Origin: a virus
Lineage: Duplodnaviria; Heunggongvirae; Uroviricota; Caudoviricetes
Length of the DNA stretch: 64,000 bases
Virus record (IMG/VR): IMGVR_UViG_3300020045_008999
Coordinates: 384,001 to 448,000 of that record
Direction: 5' to 3' (one strand)
Under the pieces are notes generated by a model, which saw nothing but the letters and a program-made list of their open reading frames with translations, was not told the DNA's origin and did not search any database. Position numbers and translations under genes: made by a program. Position 1 is the stretch's first letter. Each line of letters starts with the position of its first letter. This document shows positions 48,562-58,721 of the stretch, piece by piece.

Positions 48562-49986
48562 TTAATTATTTGGTTTTATTTTAATATTGTCCCCTTTTTT
48601 CAGTTCTTCGAATTTTGCGTAATCACTTTTTTTAATTTTGACCCGCCTAGTAAATGTCTGCCCATCTTTTATATCATATACCGGATTTGTGGGAAGTGTA
48701 ATTTCTTGGCATAAGTTAGACATACTCACTTTATCTTTAAATATACCTTGTGTATTCACATTGTCTATATTTTGAATATAAATACGTCCGGTATTCATAC
48801 GCTCTACTGATAATGTTAGTAACAAATCTTTACCATTTACTTTTTTACATGGAATAGTTTTATCAGATTCGTATTTCAGATAAAGTTCGTTGAATTCTGG
48901 TAATCCAAATGCTTCGTATAATCCAGGCACATCAGATGTCGAAAATAATGTGATATCTTCCCCACGAACCATTCGTTCCCAAAACATTTTAGACATTTGA
49001 ATAGAATAGTCTAATCTACGTACGCGATTATCATCGGTACCTTTATTATTTTTCAATACTAAAATTTCCTCAATTTCTTTATTCCATATTGGAAAGTGAA
49101 CCGTTGTTGATCCATCTCGCAATCCTCCTTGTGAACAACTTTTAGTAGCAGCTTCTGCTAATTTCAAAAAAGGAATTATCCCAGTATGCGTAGCTTCACC
49201 TCTTCTAATTTCCGACCCATGTGAGCGCAATTTACCCATTCCTAAGCCGATACCTGCTCGTCTTGATACAAATCTACCAACAGCATGATTTGAAGCGTAT
49301 ATGGAGTCTAAATCGTCTCCTAACTCAATTAAAGTACAACTAGCAAATTGTCTAGTCCCAGTTCTCACACCAGCCATAATTGGTGTTGGTATGTTGAGCC
49401 ATTTGGCAGTTAGCTCTTTATAAAATTCCTTAATATCTTTTAGGTTATCAAATAAAGTTGCAGCAATTATGATAAATGCGAATTGTGGGGTCTCGTAAAC
49501 ATATCCAGTATTTCGATTTCTAACTAAATAAGTAGCATGCATTTTTTGATATGATGCATAAGGTAATTTTGTATCATTTGAATGGTCAACCACCTCGTTA
49601 ATCTTGTTCCACATCTCATCATCGTATTTACCAAGTAACGTAGGATCATATAACCCAATTTCAATGTTTTTTTCAACAACTGACTTAACACTTGGCATAT
49701 CTTCATCTTTAAAAACCCCAAATATTTGCTTTCTAGTGTAGAAGCTAAATAATCTACTAGCAACATATTGATAATCCGGATTTTGTAGTGAAATCAATTC
49801 TACTGATGAATTGACAAGCACTTCGTGTATTTTTGTGGTTTTTATACCATCAAAAAATTGTATATTTGCGTTCATCAGAACATCTGATGGATTTGCATCG
49901 TATCCCTCACATGCCCAAGATACAACACTATTTAATTTATCAACTATGAGTTTTTCACTCACCCCATTTCGTTTTATTACATTCAT
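48562..49986 (-). CDS. nrdA: Ribonucleotide reductase alpha, N-terminal fragment (with ATP cone)
   Basis: VIKRNG ATP cone, PTPIMAG, QFASC, SQGGLR, SNLCQEI. Confidence 0.93.
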   Translation of the reverse strand: MNVIKRNGVSEKLIVDKLNSVVSWACEGYDANPSDVLMNANIQFFDGIKTTKIHEVLVNSSVELISLQNPDYQYVASRLFSFYTRKQIFGVFKDEDMPSVKSVVEKNIEIGLYDPTLLGKYDDEMWNKINEVVDHSNDTKLPYASYQKMHATYLVRNRNTGYVYETPQFAFIIIAATLFDNLKDIKEFYKELTAKWLNIPTPIMAGVRTGTRQFASCTLIELGDDLDSIYASNHAVGRFVSRRAGIGLGMGKLRSHGSEIRRGEATHTGIIPFLKLAEAATKSCSQGGLRDGSTTVHFPIWNKEIEEILVLKNNKGTDDNRVRRLDYSIQMSKMFWERMVRGEDITLFSTSDVPGLYEAFGLPEFNELYLKYESDKTIPCKKVNGKDLLLTLSVERMNTGRIYIQNIDNVNTQGIFKDKVSMSNLCQEITLPTNPVYDIKDGQTFTRRVKIKKSDYAKFEELKKGDNIKIKPNN

Positions 49987-50031
49987 TTTTTAATCTTGTT
50001 TTTGTTTTTGTTTTTAGTTATTATATATTTA

Positions 50032-50895
50032 CTACAAAAAGTCAATATTATTCAATTTATCTAAATTTGTTTTAAATTTTGTATTATTTAATATCTTAGT
50101 GATACATTCTAAAGTAACATTATAAATATTTTCATATGAATCTACTGTATATTCAGATACATCATAATGTACATCAATTACAACCCCGGTAATGTGTTTC
50201 ACCGCACCATTTTCATCGATGGTTACAAATTCAATTTCGGTGTCTATGTATATGTTCCGGTTGACAACATCTTTAGAATATGTCTGCTTACCAATATGTT
50301 CTTCCAATTCATTTATTACTAAATTCCGCCATTTATTATCCAATAGTTTAAACATATTAAATAAATTGTCTGAAAAATATACGGAAAGTTCATTGAACAG
50401 TTCTATATTAGTAAAACTTTCATCTCTTAATGACGACTTAATCAAGTAGAAGTAATTGTTAAAATCTGCACGGGATGGTTTTCTTCGGTTGTTTGAGAAG
50501 TTTAAATCGGTTTGGGTTTCCAATACCTCATATACTTTCTCTCTAACTAATTTAGTCCTCACATAATTTTCATTATCAATTGACTCGGTCCAATATGTTG
50601 ATGCCTTGTCTACTTCGAAAGTGTCATTGAAATACATGTGCATACCATCAATATAATCTTCGTCTAATGGCTTTTCCTTTTTACCCTTGAAAATGCTATC
50701 ATGTGATAAACTATGTTTATCATTAATTGTGTGTTTTGACAATTCTAAACTATCATCAGATATAGCATCATCTAAATTAATATCACCCATGTCAATATCT
50801 AGGTCATCTACCAAATCTATATCCGAATCATCAATCATGTCATTTTCGTCGTATTCAGTATCATCGTATTCATCATTATCAAAATCTTTATCCAT
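50032..50895 (-). CDS. Hypothetical protein with highly acidic N-terminus
   Basis: 287-aa ORF between rnr and nrdA. Confidence 0.7.
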   Translation of the reverse strand: MDKDFDNDEYDDTEYDENDMIDDSDIDLVDDLDIDMGDINLDDAISDDSLELSKHTINDKHSLSHDSIFKGKKEKPLDEDYIDGMHMYFNDTFEVDKASTYWTESIDNENYVRTKLVREKVYEVLETQTDLNFSNNRRKPSRADFNNYFYLIKSSLRDESFTNIELFNELSVYFSDNLFNMFKLLDNKWRNLVINELEEHIGKQTYSKDVVNRNIYIDTEIEFVTIDENGAVKHITGVVIDVHYDVSEYTVDSYENIYNVTLECITKILNNTKFKTNLDKLNNIDFL

Positions 50896-50920
50896 TTTTA
50901 ATTATATTTTTATATACTAC

Positions 50921-53026
50921 TTATACTGGAATTAAATCGATTTGTTTTTTAAGTAAATCAGTTTTTGTCACTTTTACCATGATTTTATCACCAAGTCGAT
51001 ATGATATACCGGCCGACTCATTAATTAGAGAATACGTCTTACTATCAAAATGGAAATGCCCATTAAGTGACTTTGTGCTAATTGAGCCCTCACACTTACT
51101 TTCTACTAACTCAACATATAAGTTATATTCAGATATTCCTGATATAACAGCATCGAATATTTGATCTTTTCTAGCTTCCAAATACTTTATTTGCATGTAT
51201 TTTATGGAATCTCTTTCCGCAGAGGTGGCCAATTTTTCCTGACGATTTATATGTTCGCATATTTCATCAGATTTTAACATTATTTCATTTGTCTTGGTAC
51301 GCTCTTGGTTTAAAATTACGCTCAATAATTGGTGATTTTTTATATCGGAAAACCTTCGAATCGGGCTTGTAAAATGCGAATAATGACCGAAGCTATCCCC
51401 GAGACCCCAGTGGCCTTTATCAGTGGCTGAATAAACCGCCTTTTGCATGGTCCTAATTGCTAAAGTATTTAGTAAATTTTCTTCTGGGGTATCCTTGATT
51501 TCTTCCATTAGTGCATTGATGGATTCCTTTACATTGTTTTCATCAAATTTATATCCAAACTGCTTACATAAGTTAGCTAGTTCATTCACTTTTTCTAAAG
51601 TTGGTGCCGGATGATGCCTAAATAGTCCTCGCTTAATACTTTTGTATATGTGCTGACCTACTGATTCATTGGCAAGTAACATGAATTCTTCAATTAAGTA
51701 ATTTGCTACATTTTGTTTTTTCTCATAAACACTAATTGGTAAATCATTTTCGTCTAATTTAAATTTGATCTCACTTTTATTGAAAATCAATGTATTATTT
51801 TGCATTCTACGTTCTCTCAAAATTTTAGCCTGAGCATCCACTGCTTTAATTGCTACTTCTATTTCATCATTTGTTACATCAGAAATTAATACCTCATATG
51901 CAGCCTCATATGAATAATCTCTATCAATGTGAATAATTGTTTTACCAAACCACTTATCTATGATTCCGCCATTTTTATCAAACTTGAAAAGAACACTAAA
52001 TGCTAATTTATCTTCATTTGGGTGAAGACTACATATGTTGTTAGATAATACTTCCGGAAACATTGGAACACACCGATCAACTAGATACACTGAGGTTGCT
52101 CTATTAAAAGCTTCTTCGTATAACTTCGTATCTTCATTCACATAATGTGTAATATCTGCAATATGTACCCCGATTTCAACTACTCCGTTACCCAAATCTT
52201 CAAATGATATAGCATCATCTTTGTCTCTGGCACCAATTGGGTCAATGACAAATGAAATGGTATTTCGTAGGTCCCTACGTTTGTCAATTTCTGATTGGTG
52301 GATAATTGGATCGATTAATGCTGCTTCATCTAAAACATCTTGCGGGAAAGTATATGGAAATCCATATTCCGATAGAATTGCATGTAGTTCAGTTTCATGC
52401 TTACCGGATTCGCCAATTACATTAGTCACTTTTCCATGTGGTTTTGCATATGCGTCATCCCATTTGGTAAATTCTACCACTACTACATCATTTGTCTTAG
52501 AATCCATTAAGAAATTTTTTGGTATGTAAATATCTGTATACATTTTTGCATTTTTAGATACAACATATCCGAATTTCTCTCGACGATCCATCGTTCCTAT
52601 AAATGCTACTTTATTACGTTTAGTAATATTTACAATTTCCCCAATTCTCCTCAAACCTTTCATGGTCGCCACAACAGTGACTGCATCACCATCGAACGCA
52701 CGATTGAGTCTATCCGCATAGATGAATATATCATCGGAATCACCACAATTTACATAACCATTACCATTTGAAGTAATCGATATAATACCAGTATGAACTT
52801 TATCTGGATCGATTGTATAAACTTCATTACCATCTTTATTGATGGTATGAATAACATACTCTGATGATTGAAGTCTTTTGATTTCGCGATCTACATCATT
52901 TTTATCAATTGAAAACGCATTTGATATAGCTTCTGCGGTATCTTTATTAGATACTAAATGGTTTAATATGTTATGAAACTGTTTAGTAAGCGTTTTCCCC
53001 TTATTTTTTTTCTTTTCTTTTTTCAT
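50921..53026 (-). CDS. rnr: Ribonuclease R (RNB family)
   Basis: IDPIGARDKDDA, VHIAD, IEEFMLLAN, HFTSPIRRFSD, S1 domain. Confidence 0.95.
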   Translation of the reverse strand: MKKEKKKNKGKTLTKQFHNILNHLVSNKDTAEAISNAFSIDKNDVDREIKRLQSSEYVIHTINKDGNEVYTIDPDKVHTGIISITSNGNGYVNCGDSDDIFIYADRLNRAFDGDAVTVVATMKGLRRIGEIVNITKRNKVAFIGTMDRREKFGYVVSKNAKMYTDIYIPKNFLMDSKTNDVVVVEFTKWDDAYAKPHGKVTNVIGESGKHETELHAILSEYGFPYTFPQDVLDEAALIDPIIHQSEIDKRRDLRNTISFVIDPIGARDKDDAISFEDLGNGVVEIGVHIADITHYVNEDTKLYEEAFNRATSVYLVDRCVPMFPEVLSNNICSLHPNEDKLAFSVLFKFDKNGGIIDKWFGKTIIHIDRDYSYEAAYEVLISDVTNDEIEVAIKAVDAQAKILRERRMQNNTLIFNKSEIKFKLDENDLPISVYEKKQNVANYLIEEFMLLANESVGQHIYKSIKRGLFRHHPAPTLEKVNELANLCKQFGYKFDENNVKESINALMEEIKDTPEENLLNTLAIRTMQKAVYSATDKGHWGLGDSFGHYSHFTSPIRRFSDIKNHQLLSVILNQERTKTNEIMLKSDEICEHINRQEKLATSAERDSIKYMQIKYLEARKDQIFDAVISGISEYNLYVELVESKCEGSISTKSLNGHFHFDSKTYSLINESAGISYRLGDKIMVKVTKTDLLKKQIDLIPV

Positions 53027-53115
53027 TTTTCATTTTTGTTTATAGTCCATTATTCATAATCAACTATTTAATCTGAGTTACTGATTTCTGACATTATCAC
53101 AAATCATTTACAATT

Positions 53116-53143
53116 CTTATATTATAAATGGCATATAAAGTTT
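53116..53143 (-). promoter_or_regulatory. AAAC-N18-TATAAG promoter for rnr-nrdA operon
   Basis: Exact motif and spacing. Confidence 0.6.
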
Positions 53144-53172
53144 GTTTCTACCTATAATCTATTTATTAGTAA

Positions 53173-54519
53173 TTATGATATCCCATCCAAAAAGCGATCG
53201 TCTTCAAGTGTTAAATATGTAGTATTCAAATTTAACATAATTTGAGTTTTTGAGAAATCACCATCTCTTTGCTTCAATAGCTTCAAACGGTATTTATTTT
53301 GAAGCCGCATTTCCTCACTTCTGATGATCGCTAACACACCATCTGCACACTCCGCATACGATTTAGATTCTGGTATCTTGTCCAGGGTTATATCCGTTGA
53401 ATTCCACGCATCTTTTGCCAATTGTACCGCAGTTATAACTGCAGCATTATACTTTGCCCCCAATGCTCGCAATCCCTCAGCAACGATTTTACCTTTTGTA
53501 TATAAACTATCACCACCCTGTGATTTAGGAACCGCTATTAAACTTATGTAGTCTACAACAATTAAATCAATTTTAATATTACGCTTGTCTTGCATTTTAG
53601 CAATATAATTATCAAAATCGGCCAATGTTGCTGTCCCGGCTGCCCAAAATTTGGTAATTATTTTACCACGAGTTTTTTTGAAAATACCACCACCCATATC
53701 TGGGGTGGTTGACTTCGACATGTTATTGATTTTATTTTTGATATATTCAATATCTTTTGACTTTTCATCGAATTCATTAATTGGGATTTTTAATCGCATT
53801 GATCCCAAACGCTTCATTACTTTTTTCTCGGTCATTTCTAATGTTATGTATAGAACATTATATCCAGCATCCGCACTTCTCACTGTTAAATTCTGCATCC
53901 ATAGCGATTTACCTTGGTTGGTCTCGCCCATCAATATGGTCATTGATGATCTATCCCATCCACCACCTAACATGTGATTCAATGTAACAAACCCACTATC
54001 AATTTTATTCATCGAATTATCTTGAAAATGTGATTCGGGATCATCAAAATCTGATCCTAAGTCATCATCATCTATAAAATTAGTATTAGACATATTATTG
54101 ACTATCTCTTTTATTTTATTCGCAGAAATGATTACTTCATCGAAATCAACTAAATTGTCAATGTCTCGGGTAACATCAACAACGTCGACAACACCCGCCT
54201 TTAACCGATTTGATAATATCCAGGCATTTATTCGAGGTAATAGAAAATTAATTTCATCATATTCTGTTAAATCTACCGATAGCATATTTTTTAAAATTTC
54301 CTTACTTATCATTGCATCGTGATCGACTAATTTTACCATTTCTAATATTTGATAATTTGATGGTAGGTCATTGTTTGTCCCGCTCAAAATATAATCTCTA
54401 ATTATTTTATATACAAATTCGATTTCCCGATTCTTAAAGAAATATTGTTCAACTACTGGTAAAAAACGCTTGTTATTAATTATATATGCGAAGAAGATCT
54501 TCTCTAATGATATTGTCAT
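53173..54519 (-). CDS. Replicative DnaB-like helicase (T4 gp41-like)
   Basis: GETNQGKS, YITLEM, IVVDYI, TAVQ, LKQRDG. Confidence 0.92.
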   Translation of the reverse strand: MTISLEKIFFAYIINNKRFLPVVEQYFFKNREIEFVYKIIRDYILSGTNNDLPSNYQILEMVKLVDHDAMISKEILKNMLSVDLTEYDEINFLLPRINAWILSNRLKAGVVDVVDVTRDIDNLVDFDEVIISANKIKEIVNNMSNTNFIDDDDLGSDFDDPESHFQDNSMNKIDSGFVTLNHMLGGGWDRSSMTILMGETNQGKSLWMQNLTVRSADAGYNVLYITLEMTEKKVMKRLGSMRLKIPINEFDEKSKDIEYIKNKINNMSKSTTPDMGGGIFKKTRGKIITKFWAAGTATLADFDNYIAKMQDKRNIKIDLIVVDYISLIAVPKSQGGDSLYTKGKIVAEGLRALGAKYNAAVITAVQLAKDAWNSTDITLDKIPESKSYAECADGVLAIIRSEEMRLQNKYRLKLLKQRDGDFSKTQIMLNLNTTYLTLEDDRFLDGIS

Positions 54520-54548
54520 ACTCGTGGGTTATTGTTTTTAAAGTGCTA

Positions 54549-54576
54549 GTTATACACATAAATAATATTTTTGTTT
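54549..54576 (-). promoter_or_regulatory. AAAC-N18-TATAAC promoter for helicase
   Basis: Exact motif and spacing. Confidence 0.6.
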
Positions 54577-54607
54577 ATTTAATTATCTAACAACTTTTTT
54601 ATGGATA

Positions 54608-56278
54608 ATGCGTATGAGTGACATGAGAAGTATTAAAAAAGATTTAAATAGATATACATCTAGAACAGAACAGGAAAATGCAATCAATTATATCAAGCGT
54701 GTACATGAGGCAAAACCTGATAATAAATTTTTCCTAATGAATTTACCAACGGGTAGTGGTAAATCACATTTAGCGATGATGATAAGTGACTATTACCTAA
54801 GCACAGTAGATAAATTAGCTAAAATTGATATAGTTACCCCTGGTAAATTACTACAAGACCAATATAGTAATGAATATGAATCAATATCGAACTTGAAAGG
54901 TGTTGGAAATTACCAATGTAAACAATATGAATGTTCTTGTGCTAGTGGTAAAGAATTTAATAAATTAAATAAAACAGAATGTGATGGGTGTCCATATGAT
55001 ATGGCAAAAATATCATATACCGTTGGGACTCTATCGATGACAAATTTTCACTTATATCTCATATATGCGATATATGGTAAGGATTTCATGAAACGAGAGT
55101 GTCGTCTATTAATAGTTGACGAGTGTCACGAATTTGATTCGGTAATGTCCGATTTTATTTCGATGAAAGTCACCGAAGCAAGTATTAAAAAATTAAAATA
55201 TACCAATGACGATCGAATCATTAAAGAATTGCGTAAGGTTTCTGACATATCAAATTATGTCAATTTTTTAAAGTTTTTACGAGCTGAGACTGATCAAACT
55301 ATATTAGATATAGAAACTGGTATGGGCATGAATCGCGATATAAAAAAAGACAAACGTAGTTTATCAATACACACGATCACCGGTGGTGAAAACGGAGATG
55401 TTAAATTAATGAAAATCATAAAAGACTTAAAACAACAGTTGATGAAAATTGATATTTTCACCACTGAGTATGAAATAAATCCGAATAATTGGGTACTAGA
55501 GTCAAATTATAATGAACATACTAAGCAAAAGGATTTATCACTAGAACCAATATGGGCTAACGATTATTTGGAAAAGTATGTTTGGTCAAAATATGATATG
55601 GTGGTTTTAATGTCTGGGACCATATTAAATAAAGATTTATTTTGCGGTCTGAATGGAATTGATCCAGATAAAGCTGTATATTACTCTATACCATCACCAT
55701 TCCCAGTAAAAAATCGGCCAGTTTATTACATCCCGATTGGAAAAATGAGTTATAATAAAAAAGAGGAAACATTTGAAAAGTATGTCCCTTTTATCAATAA
55801 CCTATTGATAAAATATGAGAATAAAAAGGGAATTATCCACACTAATTCCTTCGAGTTAGCAAAATGGATTGAACGGGATATTAAAAATCCTAGACTGGTA
55901 TACCACGATAGTTCTACAAAAGAAGAAGTACTACGGAATCATTTCAATACCGAGCAGAATACCGTGATTGTCTCGCCATCAGTAGGTACTGGGGTATCAT
56001 TTGATCATGACCGGGCCCGTTTTCAAATAATCGCTAAAATTCCCTATCCAAGTTTAGGATCTCAGAAAAATAAAATGAGACAGCGGGTGAACCCAGAGTG
56101 GTATTCATACATAACCGTAGCTACTTTAATGCAATCAATCGGTAGGATCGTGCGATCCAAAACAGATTATGGTGATACCATAATAATAGATGAATCGTTT
56201 GGTGATATCATGAAATATAGTAGCCATTTCTTACCAGACTGGATACAGCAGTCAATCATAATACCAAAGCGAAAATAA
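54608..56278 (+). CDS. DinG/XPD-family SF2 helicase with Cys cluster
   Basis: PTGSGKS, DECH, MSGT, SPF, KIPYP, QSIGRIVRS..DYG. Confidence 0.9.
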   Translation: MRMSDMRSIKKDLNRYTSRTEQENAINYIKRVHEAKPDNKFFLMNLPTGSGKSHLAMMISDYYLSTVDKLAKIDIVTPGKLLQDQYSNEYESISNLKGVGNYQCKQYECSCASGKEFNKLNKTECDGCPYDMAKISYTVGTLSMTNFHLYLIYAIYGKDFMKRECRLLIVDECHEFDSVMSDFISMKVTEASIKKLKYTNDDRIIKELRKVSDISNYVNFLKFLRAETDQTILDIETGMGMNRDIKKDKRSLSIHTITGGENGDVKLMKIIKDLKQQLMKIDIFTTEYEINPNNWVLESNYNEHTKQKDLSLEPIWANDYLEKYVWSKYDMVVLMSGTILNKDLFCGLNGIDPDKAVYYSIPSPFPVKNRPVYYIPIGKMSYNKKEETFEKYVPFINNLLIKYENKKGIIHTNSFELAKWIERDIKNPRLVYHDSSTKEEVLRNHFNTEQNTVIVSPSVGTGVSFDHDRARFQIIAKIPYPSLGSQKNKMRQRVNPEWYSYITVATLMQSIGRIVRSKTDYGDTIIIDESFGDIMKYSSHFLPDWIQQSIIIPKRK

Positions 56279-56322
56279 ACAAAAAAACCTAAGTATTACT
56301 TAGGTTTTTTTATATATAGATT

Positions 56323-57075
56323 ATGAGAATATTAAACTATGAAAGCTATAAATTATCAAATGATTTAATGGATGAATTCATTGATCACCTATCAGAATCT
56401 AATAACAATGGGAATTTAGATAGCATTAAATCCACAGTAACTAATTTAAATCTAAATACCGGTTTAGTAGATATGATTGGTGATTACACATTGGCATTAT
56501 ACCCAATTTTCAATCAACTGTTGGTTAATTCAAAGCTAAATATTGAATTAAGCGAAACGGTCATTACACTAGTCACATTAACTACAGTTTGTGTATTTTA
56601 TTTAGAAGAGTATAAAGGGGGTAAGGTCGATATGATGTTAACATATAGTGACGCAGATGCTTTTCGAAATGACATTCGGTTTTTATTAGAAGAATTAAAA
56701 ATGTCTGGTATTGGGAATGGTATTGTTAAAAAACTATCTGAATGTGTAAATGCAGTATCTAAAATAGTCAAACTATTATTTGATGGTGGTGGATTATTCG
56801 ACCAGAAAACCAAAATACAATTTGGAAAAATATGCAATTCCATCAATTTCATGATAAATAATCATAAAATGAATATGGATACACTAATCGATAATTTCAC
56901 CATTGTATCCGATGGAATTTCCTCACCAATTGCCAAAAAAGGCATGAGCGATATTATGAAAAAATTAAATATTAAAATTGATCAAGTACAAGATGCTGAG
57001 AATACCATTATCGATATTGACAACATGGTAGATCCGAATATTGGTGATGTTATATTAGAAAATGACGATTTATAA
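56323..57075 (+). CDS. Hypothetical late protein
   Basis: MRILNYESY; TTATATATA 56310-56318. Confidence 0.7.
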   Translation: MRILNYESYKLSNDLMDEFIDHLSESNNNGNLDSIKSTVTNLNLNTGLVDMIGDYTLALYPIFNQLLVNSKLNIELSETVITLVTLTTVCVFYLEEYKGGKVDMMLTYSDADAFRNDIRFLLEELKMSGIGNGIVKKLSECVNAVSKIVKLLFDGGGLFDQKTKIQFGKICNSINFMINNHKMNMDTLIDNFTIVSDGISSPIAKKGMSDIMKKLNIKIDQVQDAENTIIDIDNMVDPNIGDVILENDDL

Positions 57076-57159
57076 AATACAATTGGACGATTGTGTGTCA
57101 AATATGTTTTACACATAATTCATTAATTATAAATTTTAGTCATTACCGTTTCAGCCATT

Positions 57160-58080
57160 TTAAAAATGTATATACTTTAAATTATTCGCATCATTTTCAT
57201 ACGCTAATAATTTCATATAATTAGATGGCGATCGTATCAACGATATATTTGAACTATTCATTTTTATGAATTCAATACACATTAACTCATCTTGTGTTTT
57301 ACACATGGTCAGCACCTCTAACCCATCGCCAAGTTCCATCGCCATCTTAACAACCGCTGGAGTTTTGTTTTTTATAAGAGGGTAACTGAAATTATATTTC
57401 ATGAGAGCATGAAGACACATTTTTTCGGTTTGGTATTTTGATAAAAGAAGTGTGAATTTTTCAATAGTTTCGTCATTACGGCGGATACCATTATTAATCT
57501 TCCAGAAACTATCAGTAAGAATATCAAGATTATCCATAATACTTATTGAATTTACCTTTTGTTCATAGATTGCGTGTACTATCAAACGATCTTCTTCTGA
57601 AATACGCATATCCATCAATAGATCAATCAATTGAAATTTATTCACATACTTGGTTATAACTTTATCATTATCCAATAAATACTTACATATCTTAGGAGTT
57701 ATTTGCTTAACGTATCGCAACGAATTAGCATCTGCACGAATGGCACATAAACAAATTGTCTCAGTTTGATTCAATACAAATTGAAACATATCCGGATTAT
57801 TCATGATTGCTGCGGTGCAAAGATTTGGGGTTTGCTTTGGTACATAAAATAAATTAAATGGATCTGCCAACACTGCATAACGCGAGATCACATGTTCTTT
57901 ATTCGCGACTAAATGATATGCCACTGGATCAATATCAATCGCTAGTTTACAAATTTCAATAGTTTGGTGTTTAACATATTGTAAATTTCTATAATCTTCT
58001 TGGACGGCAGCAATTGAGTCCCCGTCATCAAAATATTTGAAACTTGCGTTTTTTATATTCTCTAAATCGGCAATAGTCAT
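57160..58080 (-). CDS. Helical repeat protein (DUF4116-like)
   Basis: Repeated L.YV..QT..IC..AI. Confidence 0.7.
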   Translation of the reverse strand: MTIADLENIKNASFKYFDDGDSIAAVQEDYRNLQYVKHQTIEICKLAIDIDPVAYHLVANKEHVISRYAVLADPFNLFYVPKQTPNLCTAAIMNNPDMFQFVLNQTETICLCAIRADANSLRYVKQITPKICKYLLDNDKVITKYVNKFQLIDLLMDMRISEEDRLIVHAIYEQKVNSISIMDNLDILTDSFWKINNGIRRNDETIEKFTLLLSKYQTEKMCLHALMKYNFSYPLIKNKTPAVVKMAMELGDGLEVLTMCKTQDELMCIEFIKMNSSNISLIRSPSNYMKLLAYENDANNLKYIHF

Positions 58081-58191
58081 ATTATACCAAATATTAAGTT
58101 TTATATCAATGAAAATGACATATTTTTATTAAAAACAGTATTACTTAATGTTTTTAATAAAATATGCCACATCATTTTTCAATTGATATTT

Positions 58192-58644
58192 TTACACATC
58201 GGTTGGGATGGTCTGAGTTAAAATATCCTCACGTCTTTTTTTCTCATCACGGATAGACTTTCCAATACGTTTAAACATATCTGCACTTCTAATTTGCAAT
58301 CGCTCGAACTTTTTTTCCATCCGAATATGTTTTTCACCAGTAATTGCATCAATAACTGCTTGTATGAAATCTTCCCTGAATTTCTTATCAACGTTATCAT
58401 TTGTATTCACAAATTGAATCACGTTTGACGTTTCATTTACGCACAACGTCAAATGTATTTTTTGATTCTCTACATAATATTTATTTACTACTATATCATT
58501 ATCTATGGTAGTATCTTCAAATGATAATGCGTCGGTAATCGCATTTATAATTTCTAGTTCCTCTGATGTGAATACAATTTCTTTAATTCCCCAAACTTTA
58601 TTCCAAATTTTTCGTGGGATAGACATTTCATGACCTTTTTTCAT
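58192..58644 (-). CDS. Hypothetical protein
   Basis: 150-aa ORF; TATATTTG at 58664-58671. Confidence 0.7.
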   Translation of the reverse strand: MKKGHEMSIPRKIWNKVWGIKEIVFTSEELEIINAITDALSFEDTTIDNDIVVNKYYVENQKIHLTLCVNETSNVIQFVNTNDNVDKKFREDFIQAVIDAITGEKHIRMEKKFERLQIRSADMFKRIGKSIRDEKKRREDILTQTIPTDV

Positions 58645-58721
58645 AATTTATGTATTTTTATTGCAAATATATACAAAATAAACATATAATTTAGTACTAG
58701 GGGCACTAATATTCGAAATTT

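Noticed and set aside
48420-48660. Split intein or intron at the nrdA junction
   Set aside because: No Cys/Ser-initiated intein N-block, no His-Asn/Cys C-terminal junction, and only 4 nt between the ORFs.
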